DNA from: Takakia lepidozioides
Lineage: Eukaryota > Plantae > Bryophyta
Reading direction: 5' to 3'
Length of the DNA: 64,000 nucleotides
Assembly (NCBI GenBank): GCA_030704615.1
Contig: CM060732.1
Coordinates: 17,732,001-17,796,000 of the forward strand
A program made the position numbers and the translations under genes. Shown here in pieces: positions 38,301 through 51,520 of the stretch. The notes beneath the pieces were generated by a model. It saw nothing but the letters and a program-made list of their open reading frames with translations, had not been told where the DNA came from and ran no database searches. Every line of letters starts with the position of its first letter. Position 1 is the stretch's first letter.

Positions 38301-40675
38301 CAGGGCTTCGTCGTGGATGTAGCCCTCCGCCATACTCCCCTCTAGCCATGCCATGTTGCGTACATACCCCTTCAGATCCTTCATGTACCTCTCCATGGGG
38401 TACATCCAACGGCTGGCTACGGGCCCACACACATGCAGCTCCTCTACAAGATGCACTAGCAAGTGCGTCATGATGTCAAAGAATGATGGAGGGAATTCTT
38501 TCTCCAGCAAACATAGGGTCACAGCCACATCCTCATGCAGCGATGTAATGTCCCTCGGATCCCACACCTTCACACAAATCTTCCTAAACACTCGACTTAC
38601 ACGCATTATGGCAGTTCGAGGACCCGACGCCATCGTACCCCGAATGCACATTGGCAAAATCTGCTGCATCATCACGTGTAGATCATGTGACTTCATCCCC
38701 GACCATTTCTTGTTTATGGCATGCTTTTGGAAAGCACCCGAGAATCCGGTTGGCATTTTCATGGCTCCCAATGTCTTCAAAAATTCCTCTTGCTCTGATT
38801 TGGTCGGGACGTATGATGCTGCTGGCATGAGCACTTTGCCTGGTCTATTTGGATCAGGCCTTAGCCACAGATGTGACCGTATCCCTTCAATCTCCATGTC
38901 CTTTCGTACGTTTATCGTATCCTTCTCCCCAAAGATAGTCTTCAGAATGTTCTCGCAGAAGTTCTTCTCACAATGCATGGGGTCCAGGAGGTACCGCTGC
39001 AAGAGGTTCTGAAATGCCAAATGTCCTCCCATGAGACCAAGTTCTATGTCGCGCACCTCACTTCGGTAAGCTTCCCCCTCAAGTCATAGTTACTCGCTTG
39101 ATGCGCGCGCCTAACTCCCAACCTGGCCGGGGCCAACTTGGAGCTTCGGCTGCTCACCGGGACATAACGGTCCCCCCTTGATCTCCCAAAGAACCCTCCA
39201 ACGATTTGGAACCAGCGGAATTCCCTTTGGTAGTTGGCAGTCCGGAACAGCTCCCCACTCTTTGGTCGCTTTCCGGCTCGTTTGCTTACTCACTAGCTTT
39301 TGGTCACCAACGGGCTTGCACCGTTCTCGGGGTTACTACTCCCTATATATACTTCTGTAGCTATCCGCGGGGGTTTCACAAACAACCATGCCATTTTATG
39401 GCGAACCACCACGAACACCCTCGACTCCCGGTGATGAGTCGCGGTGAGTCTTGGCCCACCCACCACGGCCCCTATGGACAGTGATGAGTCCCAAGACTCC
39501 CCACGACTCCCACCACGAGGTCTCCGCCCCAGGGTGAGTCGTATGCCACCCCCACTAAGTCTCGTTAAGCTACCACCACCCCTTGTGGAGCCACCCCCAC
39601 CGCAACCCGGTGTGCGGGGCTCCACCTAGTGAGCGCCTCCGCCTCCTTGAGTGCCTTGGGCACTCAAGGGTGCTTCAGCCCCCCATACCTATCGCTGCCA
39701 CTGTCCCCACCACAGGGGCAGCCCCTCTTGTGTCCCGACCGCCTGCCCTCAATGCAAAGGGCCGCGACACACACCCCTACCAACAGGGAGTCGATGTCCT
39801 CATCGGCTTGTCCATTTTGTGGAAACGAACATCCAAGTTGTGGCGTCCCACATCAAGGAGTTTGTTTCCGTACCATGGCGTCCCATGGCCAAGAACCAAA
39901 CCCCACACTTGACTCTACTCTCCACTAGCTAGTTCGGCCGACTTCCTCCAAGTCCCGGCCAAGGGTGGAGCCTCTCAAGCTCCTCCCAGTGCACTCTTCT
40001 TGGCCTCCTTCAAGGCCAAGGAACGATCCTCCCCGAGGATCGAATCGCCTTACAACAACAACATTGCTTGCGACCGCTCATGATGCCGTTTTTGGCATCA
40101 CCTTGAGCAAGGGTTCACCTCGAACCCTCTTTGACTAGGAAAGTAACCTTGAACCAACCGCGCGCCCCAATCACTACAATTGGGTCCGCTTTGGAATGCT
40201 GGCCTGAGGTACGGGAACACGCCGAAGCCGCACTACGACTTCGTCCCGAGGCTACACGATTATAGTACGTGAACGGAAGCGCGTAGCTTCCGCGTTTAGC
40301 CCGCACTACAAAGCAACCCCCTCGGTAGCGCAGTTATAGTATGCGCACGCGCCAGGTGCGCACTAGCACGTGAACTCCTAAAGAAGGCGCAAGTTTCATT
40401 GCCCCTTGGATGGGAGTCACCCGATTTTGGCATTGCGCAAACACACAATTAACCCAATTTACCTCTCCCACTTTTGTAAGCTAGCATGCATTCTACACAC
40501 TAGCCAACACACCATGCATCGCCATTCCAAACAAAATAGGACGCACAATGTTTGGAACCCATTTCCTTTATAACAAATTTTTGTACAATACAAGTTTTTG
40601 CAATCGGATTCCTAAGCTAGCTAAGCCGGGCTAAGCATGCATTTCCTCCCCCACGCTCCAAGGTTGATGTCCCCA

Positions 40676-41020
40676 TCAACGCTTCTTCCGCTTTTGAGGT
40701 CGCCCTTCGAAAACTGCAACCGCCTCGGATGCGTTTCCCATTTCTGAGGCACGCACCCAAGATGCCTCCATATGATTATAGCCCTTCCATTTGACGAGAT
40801 ACTCCGTTTCTCGGTTCTTGAACCTCCTCGACTTAAGTAGTGCCTCCACCTCGTACTCAGGTTCATTTTCATGATCCAACAGCAGAGGTGGCGGACGCAA
40901 CACTTGATGCCGATTCGGACGCGCTTCATCTTTGAAGTAAGGCTTCAAAAGGGAGACATGGAATACTGGATGCACCTTGCTGTTTGCCGGCAGCTCCAAT
41001 TCATACACATCCTCATTCAT
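40676..41020 (-). pseudogene. Integrase C-terminus with a canonical chromodomain
   Basis: HPVFHVSLLKPY followed by EYEVEALL..EYLVKWKGY...SW. Confidence 0.92.
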
Positions 41021-41589
41021 AACCTTCCGGATGCGGAAACGCCCAAATCCGTGGGAGGGCGAATAAACCTTCTGTCAGCAAGGGAGTGGGCCATGGAGGA
41101 GGCACACGAACCCCAGTTTTTGCTTTACATTAGAGAAGTGAAGGGAGAAGGCGATGGGGAGCCGAGCCCAGATTGGATCAAGGGGATTTTGGAGAAATAC
41201 CAGGATGTGATGCCGGAGGATTTACCAAGCGGCTTGCCACCGCGAAGAGGAGTTGACCACAAGATTGAGGTGATACCGGGAACGGAACTGCCTGCCAAGG
41301 CACCCTACCGGTTGAGCCACAGGGAGTTGGTCGAGCTGAAGACTCAGCTCAAGGATCTAATGTCTTTATTGATTTATACCAGTCTATCTTAGATCCGAGA
41401 TAGTGCCAAAAAAATGACTCAATTTGCCAGGCCAGCCACCAAGCTGCACTTTGCATCCAAACCCTAGCTTTCCATGGACCGTTCGGATCTGATCTTGGTG
41501 TAGTCCGGTCTGGTCGGGTGGGCTGGTCATTATAATTTTCTTTACCGAGAACGAGACAACAAAGCCCAATGACAATTAGGGAGAATTGG

Positions 41590-43170
41590 TCGTAAGACCT
41601 CGCCACCATTCCCACATGGCAGCGTGACTACTCTCTTGCGGCCATCTATGACCGCTCCGGATTTGCTCAAAAAGGTCATCCCCAAAATGAGATCTACTCC
41701 ATCCATCTCGCAGATGGTGAAGTTCTCACGTCCCTCCCAACTCCCGAGTTGAAGAGGAACATCAAACGCCAACCTTGTCGCCAACTGTGGTTCTCCTTTG
41801 GCAGAACGCACCTCAATAGAGGCCCCCACGTCACTTGTCGGGAGTCCCAGCTTTTGTGCCGTTGCCGGTGTCATGAAGGAGTGCAACGCTCTTGTGTCCA
41901 CCAACAACGACACGTTAGTTCCGGATATTATCCCATCCACGAACAATAACTAACTCCCTTTACGTAAGGCGTCAGTTTCCTGATACAACTCACAAGCAAA
42001 TTTGCCTACCTTGCAAGTCCTGGCAACCACCGCTTCCACCAAGCGACTGATGGTATCTTCCGACAACTCTGTGGTCGCCCAAGTCATGTTCAATTGTCGG
42101 GGCTTCGTGCACTTCTTGGCCATGTGCCCGGGCTCCCCGCAATTGAAACACACTCCATCAAAGGTTGCCTTCTGTCCGCCATAAGCCGCTCCACCCGCTT
42201 TTCCTTTCGAAGCACCGAGTGTCGCCTTGACTTGTGAAGGCCCTCCCTTCGATTTCCACGTGCCATTGTCGCCGCGTGGCCTATCCCACTTCTTTTTCGG
42301 TCAGAAGGAGTCACCTTCCCGCCGGGTCTTCTTGTGGTTCAGCTCCGTACGGCCTTGTCTTTCACCCTTAGGGACATCCGAGAAACATTCAGCCCTCTCA
42401 ATTGCCTCGTTCAAAGTCTTAGGTGGCTTCTCCTCCAACTTCTGCCTGGCCCATGGGGCCAGTCCCGCCACAAAGTTGAAGACCATTTCTGGTTCTGCCA
42501 TGTCCGCGACTTCGAGCAACAGCACATTGAAAGCCTGGACATATCCCCGAATGTCATCTGTTTGCTTCAAATTCCTCATCTTGTCCCGGGCGAGCCAGGA
42601 CGCGTTGAGGGGCACAAAGTGCATCTTCATCAATTCCTTGAACCCACTCCAGTTCAAGGTTTCCGGGCTTGGACCTCGGTCGTGAAGGCGTTTCTGCCAC
42701 CATTGTTGAGCATAGCCCCTCAAATAGGTGGGAGCCACTTCCACCCGATCCTCGTCACTCAACTTGGCCGCCCGGAAGTACTGCTCCAGCTCCAAGAGCC
42801 AGGTGTTGAGGGCCTTCCAATTTCAGACGCCCTCGAAGGTGCCGGGTTCCTTCGGCTTCACCTTAAACTTTGCCTTAGTGGAAGTGGCATTAGCCGCCTT
42901 CAATACGTCTTTCAACGTCCCGCCAAATTGCGCCAACAACCCTTCCCAAAAGGCTGCCGGCATGGGAGGCATCTGTTGGTCGGTCGGAGCTCTCAGGGAT
43001 TCCTCAGGCTCCGACTCCTCAGATTCCTCCCGCTCTTGAGCGGCCTCGTTTTCGGAAACATGCATCGCTTCCTCAAACGGCCGCCTCGGTGACACGTCGC
43101 CCCCATCAGGCTCACCAGGATCATCATCTTTTGGGCCGTTCCGCTTTCGCTTTGGCTTGCCCGACCCCAT
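41590..43170 (-). pseudogene. Chromovirus gag, zinc knuckle and aspartic protease
   Basis: ELEQYF..YLRGYAQQWW..LKQT; CFNCGEPGHMAKKC; LLVDTRALHSF..DLILGM. Frameshift at ~42820 and stops. Confidence 0.92.
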
Positions 43171-45413
43171 GATGAGGCTAATCCCAAGGACGATCGCGTA
43201 CTGAACTCTAAACTCTGATACCAAGTGTCGCGCACCTCATTTCGGTAAGCTTCCCCCTCAAGTCATAGTTACTCGCTTGATGCGCGCGCCTAACTCCCAA
43301 CCTGGCCGCCGGGCCAACTTGGAGCTTCGGCTGCTCACTGGGACATAACGGTCCCCCCTTGATCTCCCAAAGAACCCTCCAACGATTTGGAACCAACGGA
43401 ATTCCCTTTGGTAGTTGGCAGTCCGGAACAGCTCCCCACTCTTTGGTCGCATTCCGGCTCGTTCGCTTACTCACTAGCTTTTAGTCACCAACGGGCTTGC
43501 ACCGTTCTCGGGGTTACTACTCCCTATATATACTTCTGTAGCTGTCCGCGGGGGTTTCACAAACAACCATGCCATTTTATGGCGAACCACCACGAACACC
43601 CTCGACTCCCGGTGATGAGTCGCGGTGAGTCTTGGCCCACCCACCACGGCCCCTATGGACCGTGATGAGTCCCAAGACTCCCCACGACTCCCACCACGAG
43701 GTCTCCGCCCCAGGGTGAGTCGTATGCCACCCCCACTAAGTCCCGCTAAGCTACCACCACCCCTTGTGGAGCCACCCCCACCGCAACCCGGTGTGCGAGG
43801 CTCCACCTAGTGAGCGCCTCCGCCTCCTTGAGTGCCTTGGGCACTCAAGGGTGCTTCAGCCCCCCATACCTATCGCTGCCACTGTCCCCACCACAGGGGC
43901 AGCCCCTCTTGTGTCCCGACCCCCTGCCCTCAAGGCAAAAGGCCGCGACATTCTATGGGCAAAAATAGTAGAATATGTGGCAGAAGTTGTCCATGTTACT
44001 ACATTCTGCTTTCAACAACTGCACGATCCTCTACACAGTGAGGTGTAGGGCTTCAACATCTACTGCATAGTAGTTACACTGACTTAGGAGTTGGTGGAAG
44101 GACTCCTGATAGTAAAGGTAATTCCAGGAAGCACAATGTGAAAGAAAGTGAGTGAATGGGGGGGGGATTCATGCACCTTCCAGTATGGCAAATCCCAAAG
44201 GATTGTCCGGCGCTTCACCCCGTGCGACATGGCTGGATCCGCACTACTTCCTTCTCTCCTTCCAATCTCCATGAACGCCTCTTTCTCCTTTGCAAATTGC
44301 AATGTCTCCTCCGGTGTCACAGCATTTGGTGCCATTCTCTTTTCAACACATCCATTGAAGTGTCGGCCTGCTCGTCGGTAGGGGTGGTTTCTTGCAAGGT
44401 AACATCAATGCCCCATGTATATTGTCTTCCCTAATGGCTTTGAGTGCCGTGAATCCACATAGGGCCCACAAATGGGGCACCCTTTGTAGCCCTTCGTCTT
44501 GCAACCCGCAACAAGGCCATATGCGGGGAAATCGTGGATTGACCACATGAGTATGGCACGGAGGGTGAAACTCCGTTGCCCTACTGGTTTCAAAATGTCG
44601 TAAGCTTCAACTCCAATCCATAGTTCCTGTAGCTCTTCAATCAATGGTTGCAAATACACATCTATGTTTGCATTTGTCACGGACTCCTTGCCTGGAATCA
44701 AGAGAGACAACATGACAAAGAATTTCTTTGTTGTCAACCATGGTGGCAGGTTGTATGCCACCAACTGCACGGGCCATGTGGACCATGTGCAACTCTTTGA
44801 TCCGTATGGGTTTACTCCATCCGTAGATACAGCCAATTGCACATTGCGTGGGTCCTCGGCGAAATCGGGGCAAGTTGCATCTATATGCTTCCATGCAAGG
44901 GAATCTGGGACATGCCTTACCAAACCATCGTTTGAGGCATTCCTAGAATGCCAAGTCATGAGCTCACTAATGGTCTTGCATTTCTACATTCGTAATAGAC
45001 GGGGGATAAGGGGAAAGTGCCTCAACACCTTGGCTGGCTGTTGTAACCTACCCACATCATGGTATCGGGCTGCACCGCATTTGGGGCACTCCATAGCGTC
45101 CTTGTACTCTCTTCTGAAAAGTACATGTCCTTTTGGACATGCATGTATTTTCACGTAGTTGAGGCCGAGCTTCCCAATCATTTTGTTGGCCATGTGACAG
45201 CTTTTTGGCATTTCATTTGGTTGTGGAAGCAAGTTCAGCCGAGGCAAAGAGAACAACTCGTCCACAAAATGGTCTGACACACCGTGGGTTGTGCACAGGT
45301 TCATCAACAGCATGCTGGCAGCAAGCTTTGTGGATTTGCATCCCTCGTACAATGGCACACATGCTTCTTCTAGTGTCATGTGTGCAGAATTCTCATTTCC
45401 ATCTCCACCTCCT

Positions 45414-48400
45414 TGTTAGAGGACTGTCGGGGACTTAGACACTTATACGGGATCTGTAGGGTACCCTTAATTTTTGCACAGACTGAGACCAACAGGAGCC
45501 TTAGGGGTGACAGCAGCGCACTGTAGAGGGGGGTTACACATCCCGTCACAGCCGTCACAGTCGTCACAGCAGACACAGCCAACACAGCCCGTCACAGTCG
45601 TCACAGCCAACACAGCCAACACAGCCCGTCACAGTCGTCACAGCAGACACAGCCGGCACAGCCGACACAGCCCGGCACAGCCACACAGCCAGTCACAGCC
45701 CGACACAGCCAAACACAGTCGCACAGCCAGTCACAGCCCGTCACAGTTTCACACAGCCAGTCACAGCTTGACACAGCTGTCACGATCATAGGGAACAAAT
45801 AGTAGGACAGGGAACGACTGTGGGGAACAACACCTGCGAAGGGAACATGTTAGTTCACAGACACGGTTAGTGAGGGAAACGGTTAGAACCGCGGATAGGA
45901 AGATAAAGGGAGAAACGGGGAAGGAATGGACATCATTCGGAGGAGGACTTCTTGGTGATAGAGGAGAGGGGATCGGGTAGAGATGAGGAACGGAAGTGAA
46001 GATAGAGAGATGATGAGTAGATGCTTGATATAGGCAAGGTTGTAATGATATTGTAGAGCAGATTAGAGACACAATGGCTTCGGCCTGATACCTGATAAAT
46101 CATAATCGGATACTTTTACGATACAATCACACTGTGTAGAGAGATCTGAGTGAAGCTGTGAAATGAATGGATGAGCTGATGGAATCCAATAGATTGATAA
46201 AGCAAACTGATACTTAATTATCAATGGTAAGATAGCTAACATGAATACCAAAAGGAAAACAAATAGGAAATACCCCCATGATACACTAGCTGTAGGTCAT
46301 GACTGATTGTTCTGCGCGGGCTGAGTACTTAGAGATTTCCAACTCTTCTATCTTGGAGTTTCCGCCTCGAATAGCGAAGGGATGGGTGAGTAAAAGCCGC
46401 GCGACATTTGGCGACCATACTGGGGAACTGGGACATGAACAACCAGATGTGACAGGCATCTGGTGGGATCATGGTGGTTGGACCATTAAAGAATTTGAAG
46501 TGAATCAAATTCCCTGTGGAACGAAGGAAGAAAGATTGTCCAAACAATTCTTTCAAAGGTTCTTGGAATTGCCAGACGGTTGTAAAGAAAATATTCTTAA
46601 ACGAGTGCATGATGCTGATCCAGAATGGGGTCTGGAGAAAGGAGTGATAAAGATTTATCAGGTAGCCTGTAGAGGAAGAGCACGTTGGTTACCAACATTG
46701 GTTTATGTGATAGCATTGCTATCCATTAAACGAGTAGAGTTTGAAGGCTGGGAAGAAAGAAAGGTGAATGTTTATACTCATATGCATGAAGAGCTGGTAC
46801 TGGTAAAGAATTGGATTCCAAAGGATATTTTGTGGATCAAACTCACACCAACAACAGCTTTTCAGACTTGTTTGCCATATGGTTATATGGTAACGGAGAC
46901 TTCAAGTATAGCCAAGGGTGCATTGAAGCTTGAAAGAAACCCAGGCATATACGAGAGATATTACAGAAGAGAGTTTTGGTTATTGCCACATTAAAAGAAA
47001 TGAAAGACATGGGACATGAGTGATGAAAGAGAAGCTAGACGACAGAGATATTCAGCAAAAAGATAAAGCTATCTGAAAGCTAATTATCCATATCTTTGGG
47101 AGAGAGGAATAGACATAGGGGAATCATCTGGACCTCTCACACCATTAAGATCAAAGAGTGCATCACCTATACCGGAAGAACTAGAGTTGGATGCCACTCC
47201 TTCTGTTTCTTTGCAAGAAAGATTAAGGGAATTGGTACAGGAAGAAGATCAATCACGAGGTGAAAGATCTGAGGTACATCCTTGGATAAAAGATTTGATA
47301 GAAATCTTTGATAAGAGTTGGCATGGAACACCAAAAGCAGGAACTTCAGTTTCTGAAGCAGAAAGTGAAGAAGGAGAAGAGGATGTGGCAGAGCCAACGG
47401 AGAGTTCAGACTCTCCAACACCATTACAGTTGAGTTACATGAGTGAAGAAGAAACCCAAGGGCAGAACTTGGAGGATGAAAACAGAGAGAAGAAATTAGA
47501 AGAGGAAGAATATGAAGAAGTAGACCCAACAGCTGAGGTTGAGACTACAACCAGGACATCCCAACCCGTTGGACCTGGATCAAGTGGAGCACTTGGATCA
47601 CAGGCCAACGAAGGTGTCGGCTCAGGGGGATCAGGCGGGCTGCCTGGATCTGGCTCTGGGGGACAGGGAGTGTGGGAAGTAGTGCAACTCAAGCTGGGAA
47701 TACTGTGAATATCGTGGGGCCAGAAGCAAGGAGTGCTCAAGGGCCACCACTTGGTGGAAGATCCACCACAAAAACAACAGGTCCAGAAGGACCAACACCA
47801 GCAAGGGTGCCAGCACCTGTCAGTGGGCAGAAGGTAGGGCCACAGATTGCGTTACAACCAACACGGGCAAAACCACCCTTTCCAATATATTCAGGAAAAG
47901 GGGATCCCGATGTACACATTAGCCAATTTGAGCACATGTGTATAGTGAACAATGAGAATGGCGATGATGCCAAGATGAGACTGTTTCCTTGTTCACTTAT
48001 CAAGAAAGCAAGTGAATGGTATGCAAGATTTCCTGATAATCATTTCCTAACCTGGAATGGCTTGAATACAACATTCCGAAATAGGTTCAGGACAAGTAAA
48101 ACTGAGGATGAAGTGTATGGAAGTTTACAACAGCTGAAGCAGAAGAAGCATGAAACTGTTGAAGAGTATATGGAGAAGATGGAATTGATGATGAAAAAGC
48201 TGGCTGCAGTACCAGCGCCCGGTTTACAGAAGACTTGGTTTGTGAGTGGACTAAGACCAGAGTTGCAAAAGAAAGTGGATATGTTACCCCATAATACAGT
48301 GGAGGAGGCATTTGAAACAGCGAACAGAATTGAGCAATTGGGAATGCTCAGGAGAGAGAAAAAAGAAGATGAGGACTCTGAGGATGAGTCAGATGAAGAA

Positions 48401-50715
48401 GAAGAGCAAGAACTAAAAAGAAAGAGTAAGAGAAAGGAGAAGTTGAAGAGGGATAACTATGAAAAAAAATTGGAAGAAATCTTGAAGAAGTATGCCACAG
48501 AGGCTGCAACACATTGGAGGAAGGGTGTATGGTGTGCAAAGTGCCAGAATGAAGGCCATACCACCACAGAATGCCACATGAAGGAGAAACATTGTACTAT
48601 CTGTAAAATGGATAACCATTCTACTGAGAATTGTTACTACAACAGAAGGACAGCTACAAGAGAACCTAGGCAAGTAAGGGTGCATCAGGTGCAGCCCCAG
48701 CCAAGAAGAAACAATGATCAGGACCACTATGGTAGGTCTGGTGGTTATAACAATGGCATGGAAGGGAGAGGTAATTCAAGAGGGAATTACCAAGGAAATT
48801 CCAGAGGCAACTATCAGGGTAATCCAAGGGGGAATTACCAGCCCGGGAATCAGGATTATAGAAATAATCCAAGAACAGACCAAGGGCGAGGACCCAATGG
48901 TGAAGAGCTATGTTACTATTGTAATTAGCCAGGATATCGCAAGGCAGCCTATTCATTCTGGATAAGACACCAGAATGAGATGAGAGCTCCTGTGAATGAG
49001 GGCCCAGTGGTGGCAGCTCACATGGTTAGGCCATGTGTTGTACCAGAAGTAAGTACAATGATAGTAACAAGAAGTAAAGCCAAACTAATACCTCCAGTAG
49101 AAGAGGAAGAAGATGAGACTGGAAGTGGCAATGATATGCCTGAAGATGAAGAGACTTGGAAAAATGAGAAGGAACTGCACAAGGAAGTGGCAGATACTAT
49201 AAGGGAAATGCAAAAGAGTATTGATATTCCTGTGGCAGATTCCTCTGATTCGGATGGAGAAAAAGAAGGGAGTGAGGAAGAAAGGAAAAAAGAAGATGCA
49301 GACATGCAAAGTAATGAAGAGACTTTGGCTGAAGTAATATGTCAGACCAAAGCAGAAATTACCATTGGACAGCTATTAGCTGTGGCACCTTATTGTAGGC
49401 ACAGGCTGTATCAAGCAATCAATCGAATTGCCCAAGAAACAGGAAACACAGACCTGAACAGCAAGGTGACCAGTTATAATGTGAAGCCGGAAGGGCGAGA
49501 ACCAGTCATGGACTTTGATGATTCTATGCCAGTAATCCAATTGAGAATTGGAAGCACAGAACTAACTGATGTACTGATAGATGGTGGTTCTGGAGTAAAT
49601 ATCATGACAGACCAATTAAGGAAGAAGCTTGGTCTAAGTAACATGAAACCAGCCCCATTTACAGTAACAATGGCAGATCAAAGAAGTGTGCAGCCATTGG
49701 GATTAATAAGAGGAGTTAAGATACAGATACAGAAAATGATCTTTATGATCACAGTAACTGTATTAAAAATGGATGAAGTCATGGAGGCTTACTCCTTATT
49801 ATTGGGACGTCCGTGGCTGAAACAGGCCAGGGTATTCCATGATTGGAATTCTCAGTTACTAACCGTGCATAATGGGATACACGAGATACAAATTACCACA
49901 AAGAAATCTAGTAGATTACCTGCTACAAGAAGACCTCGAGGAGTCAGAGAGTATGACTGGATGAGGAGCAGGAAGCTACCCTATTTGCTGCACACCAGAG
50001 TGGGAGCAGGTTGAAGAGATGCGGCTGGAAAGCCTAAGTTGTTTGAGAGGTATCTGCTGTGGTGTAGTGACAGCAACACCAACTGAAGAGGAAACCAGCA
50101 TTTACCCATCACATTTCTATGAAGAGAGAGAAGGAGAAATAGAAATCCTAGAAGAACCAGCCACTGTGAGCTTACAGGATGAAGTGGTGACTGGTTGGAC
50201 AATCACAGCTGATGAGCAGGTGAGAGAAGTAAATGTGGGAACTAAGGAGGAACCGAGGATGGTGAAAGTAGGAGCTGATTTGGAGCCGGAATTCTTCGAA
50301 GAAGCTAAAAGCTTGTTCATCAAATACAGAGATGTATTTGCTTGGAGCTATGAGGATCTAAAAGGGATACCACCTAAAGTCTGTCAGCATAAGATTGAAC
50401 TGGAACCAGGGTCAGTACCAATCAAGCAGGCGAGGTATAGAATGAATCCCAACTACGCACAGAAGGTTGGAGAAGAGATAAAGAAGTTGGCTGAGGCTAA
50501 GTTTATATACCCAATAGAGTATACAACTTGGTTGTCACCCATTGTTATAGTTCCCAAGAAGAATGGCAAACTAAGAGTATGTGTGAACTATAAGAAGCTG
50601 AATGCTTGTACGAAGAAAGATCCTTTCCCTTTGCCATTCACAGAAGCAGTATTAGACACTGTGGCAGGCCATGAGATGTACTCATTCATGGATGGCTTCA
50701 GTGGTTATAATCAAG
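45414..50715 (+). mobile_element. Family B Ty3/gypsy copy 2: full 5' LTR (45414-46406), PBS, extra ORF, gag-PR-RT up to the gap
   Basis: TGTTAG...GCGACA; PBS TGGCGACCATACTGGGGA at 46409-46426; gag ATG at 47016. Colinear with copy 1 and inserted in the CACTA transposase. Confidence 0.95.
46299..46994 (+). CDS. Extra 5' ORF (231 aa, unknown function) upstream of gag in family B
   Basis: Open in copy 2; homologous with one frameshifting deletion in copy 1 (29017-29692). The ATG is conserved in all three LTRs. Confidence 0.6.
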   Translation: MTDCSARAEYLEISNSSILEFPPRIAKGWVSKSRATFGDHTGELGHEQPDVTGIWWDHGGWTIKEFEVNQIPCGTKEERLSKQFFQRFLELPDGCKENILKRVHDADPEWGLEKGVIKIYQVACRGRARWLPTLVYVIALLSIKRVEFEGWEERKVNVYTHMHEELVLVKNWIPKDILWIKLTPTTAFQTCLPYGYMVTETSSIAKGALKLERNPGIYERYYRREFWLLPH

Positions 50716-51215
50716 NNNNNNNNNNNNNNNNNNNNNNNNNNNNNNNNNNNNNNNNNNNNNNNNNNNNNNNNNNNNNNNNNNNNNNNNNNNNNNNNNNNNN
50801 NNNNNNNNNNNNNNNNNNNNNNNNNNNNNNNNNNNNNNNNNNNNNNNNNNNNNNNNNNNNNNNNNNNNNNNNNNNNNNNNNNNNNNNNNNNNNNNNNNNN
50901 NNNNNNNNNNNNNNNNNNNNNNNNNNNNNNNNNNNNNNNNNNNNNNNNNNNNNNNNNNNNNNNNNNNNNNNNNNNNNNNNNNNNNNNNNNNNNNNNNNNN
51001 NNNNNNNNNNNNNNNNNNNNNNNNNNNNNNNNNNNNNNNNNNNNNNNNNNNNNNNNNNNNNNNNNNNNNNNNNNNNNNNNNNNNNNNNNNNNNNNNNNNN
51101 NNNNNNNNNNNNNNNNNNNNNNNNNNNNNNNNNNNNNNNNNNNNNNNNNNNNNNNNNNNNNNNNNNNNNNNNNNNNNNNNNNNNNNNNNNNNNNNNNNNN
51201 NNNNNNNNNNNNNNN
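50716..51215. other. Assembly gap (500 N)
   Basis: Run of N. Confidence 1.
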
Positions 51216-51340
51216 ATTGCAGCATGATTTGCATGTTGAGACGCAAAAGCAGTCACGGGCTGCGCCAGTGATACCAACGGAGTATGGAGCACTTGTCGTT
51301 AAGCCGAACGTGTATGACCAAGGCGGGAAGTACAAGTGTC

Positions 51341-51520
51341 ACACAGCCTATCACAGCCCATCACAGCGTGACACAGCCTATCACAACCCATCACAGTGTC
51401 ACACAACCTATCACAGCCCATCACAGCGTCACACAGCCTATCACAGCCCATCACAGCGTGACACAGCCTATCACAGCCCACCACAGTGCCACACAGCCTG
51501 TCACAGCCCAACACAGCCCA
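51341..51520. repeat. 10-bp-periodic CACAG repeat (30-bp higher-order unit)
   Basis: ACACAGCCTA TCACAGCCCA TCACAGCGTG repeated ~6 times. Related tracts lie in the LTRs at 45545-45780, 56025-56210 and 28450-28495. Confidence 0.9.

Larger units (their letters stand above)
39047..43950 (-). mobile_element. Chromovirus Ty3/gypsy (family A, Galadriel/Reina-like), two LTRs, non-autonomous
   Basis: 5' LTR 43226-43950 and 3' LTR 39047-39769; TSD TTCTA (39042-39046 and 43951-43955); tRNA-iMet PBS TGGTATCAGAG at 43213-43223; PPT at 39770-39781. Gag, knuckle, protease and chromodomain are present; RT, RH and the INT core are absent. Confidence 0.97.
35373..45413 (-). mobile_element. CACTA/En-Spm DNA transposon (one terminus visible)
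   Basis: CACTAGAAG at 35373, where gypsy homology stops, followed by CGACTAC-like subterminal repeats. Tnp2 coding sequence lies inside. The other end is not in view. Confidence 0.88.
36911..45413 (-). pseudogene. Tnp2/TnpD-type CACTA transposase, spliced and decayed
   Basis: IHACPKGHVLF..CPKC..VLRHFPLIPRL; STDGVNPY..STWPV..YNLPPW..HDFPA (Transposase_21-like); LDPMHCEKN..KSHD..FPPSFFDIMTHL..RWMYPMER (DUF4218-like); YVGVIKEI..DEPFIFPSQVEQVF (DUF4216-like). Confidence 0.93.

Noticed and set aside
40304-40312. CACTACAAA as a CACTA terminus
   Set aside because: It lies inside the chromovirus 3' region with no junction or subterminal repeats.
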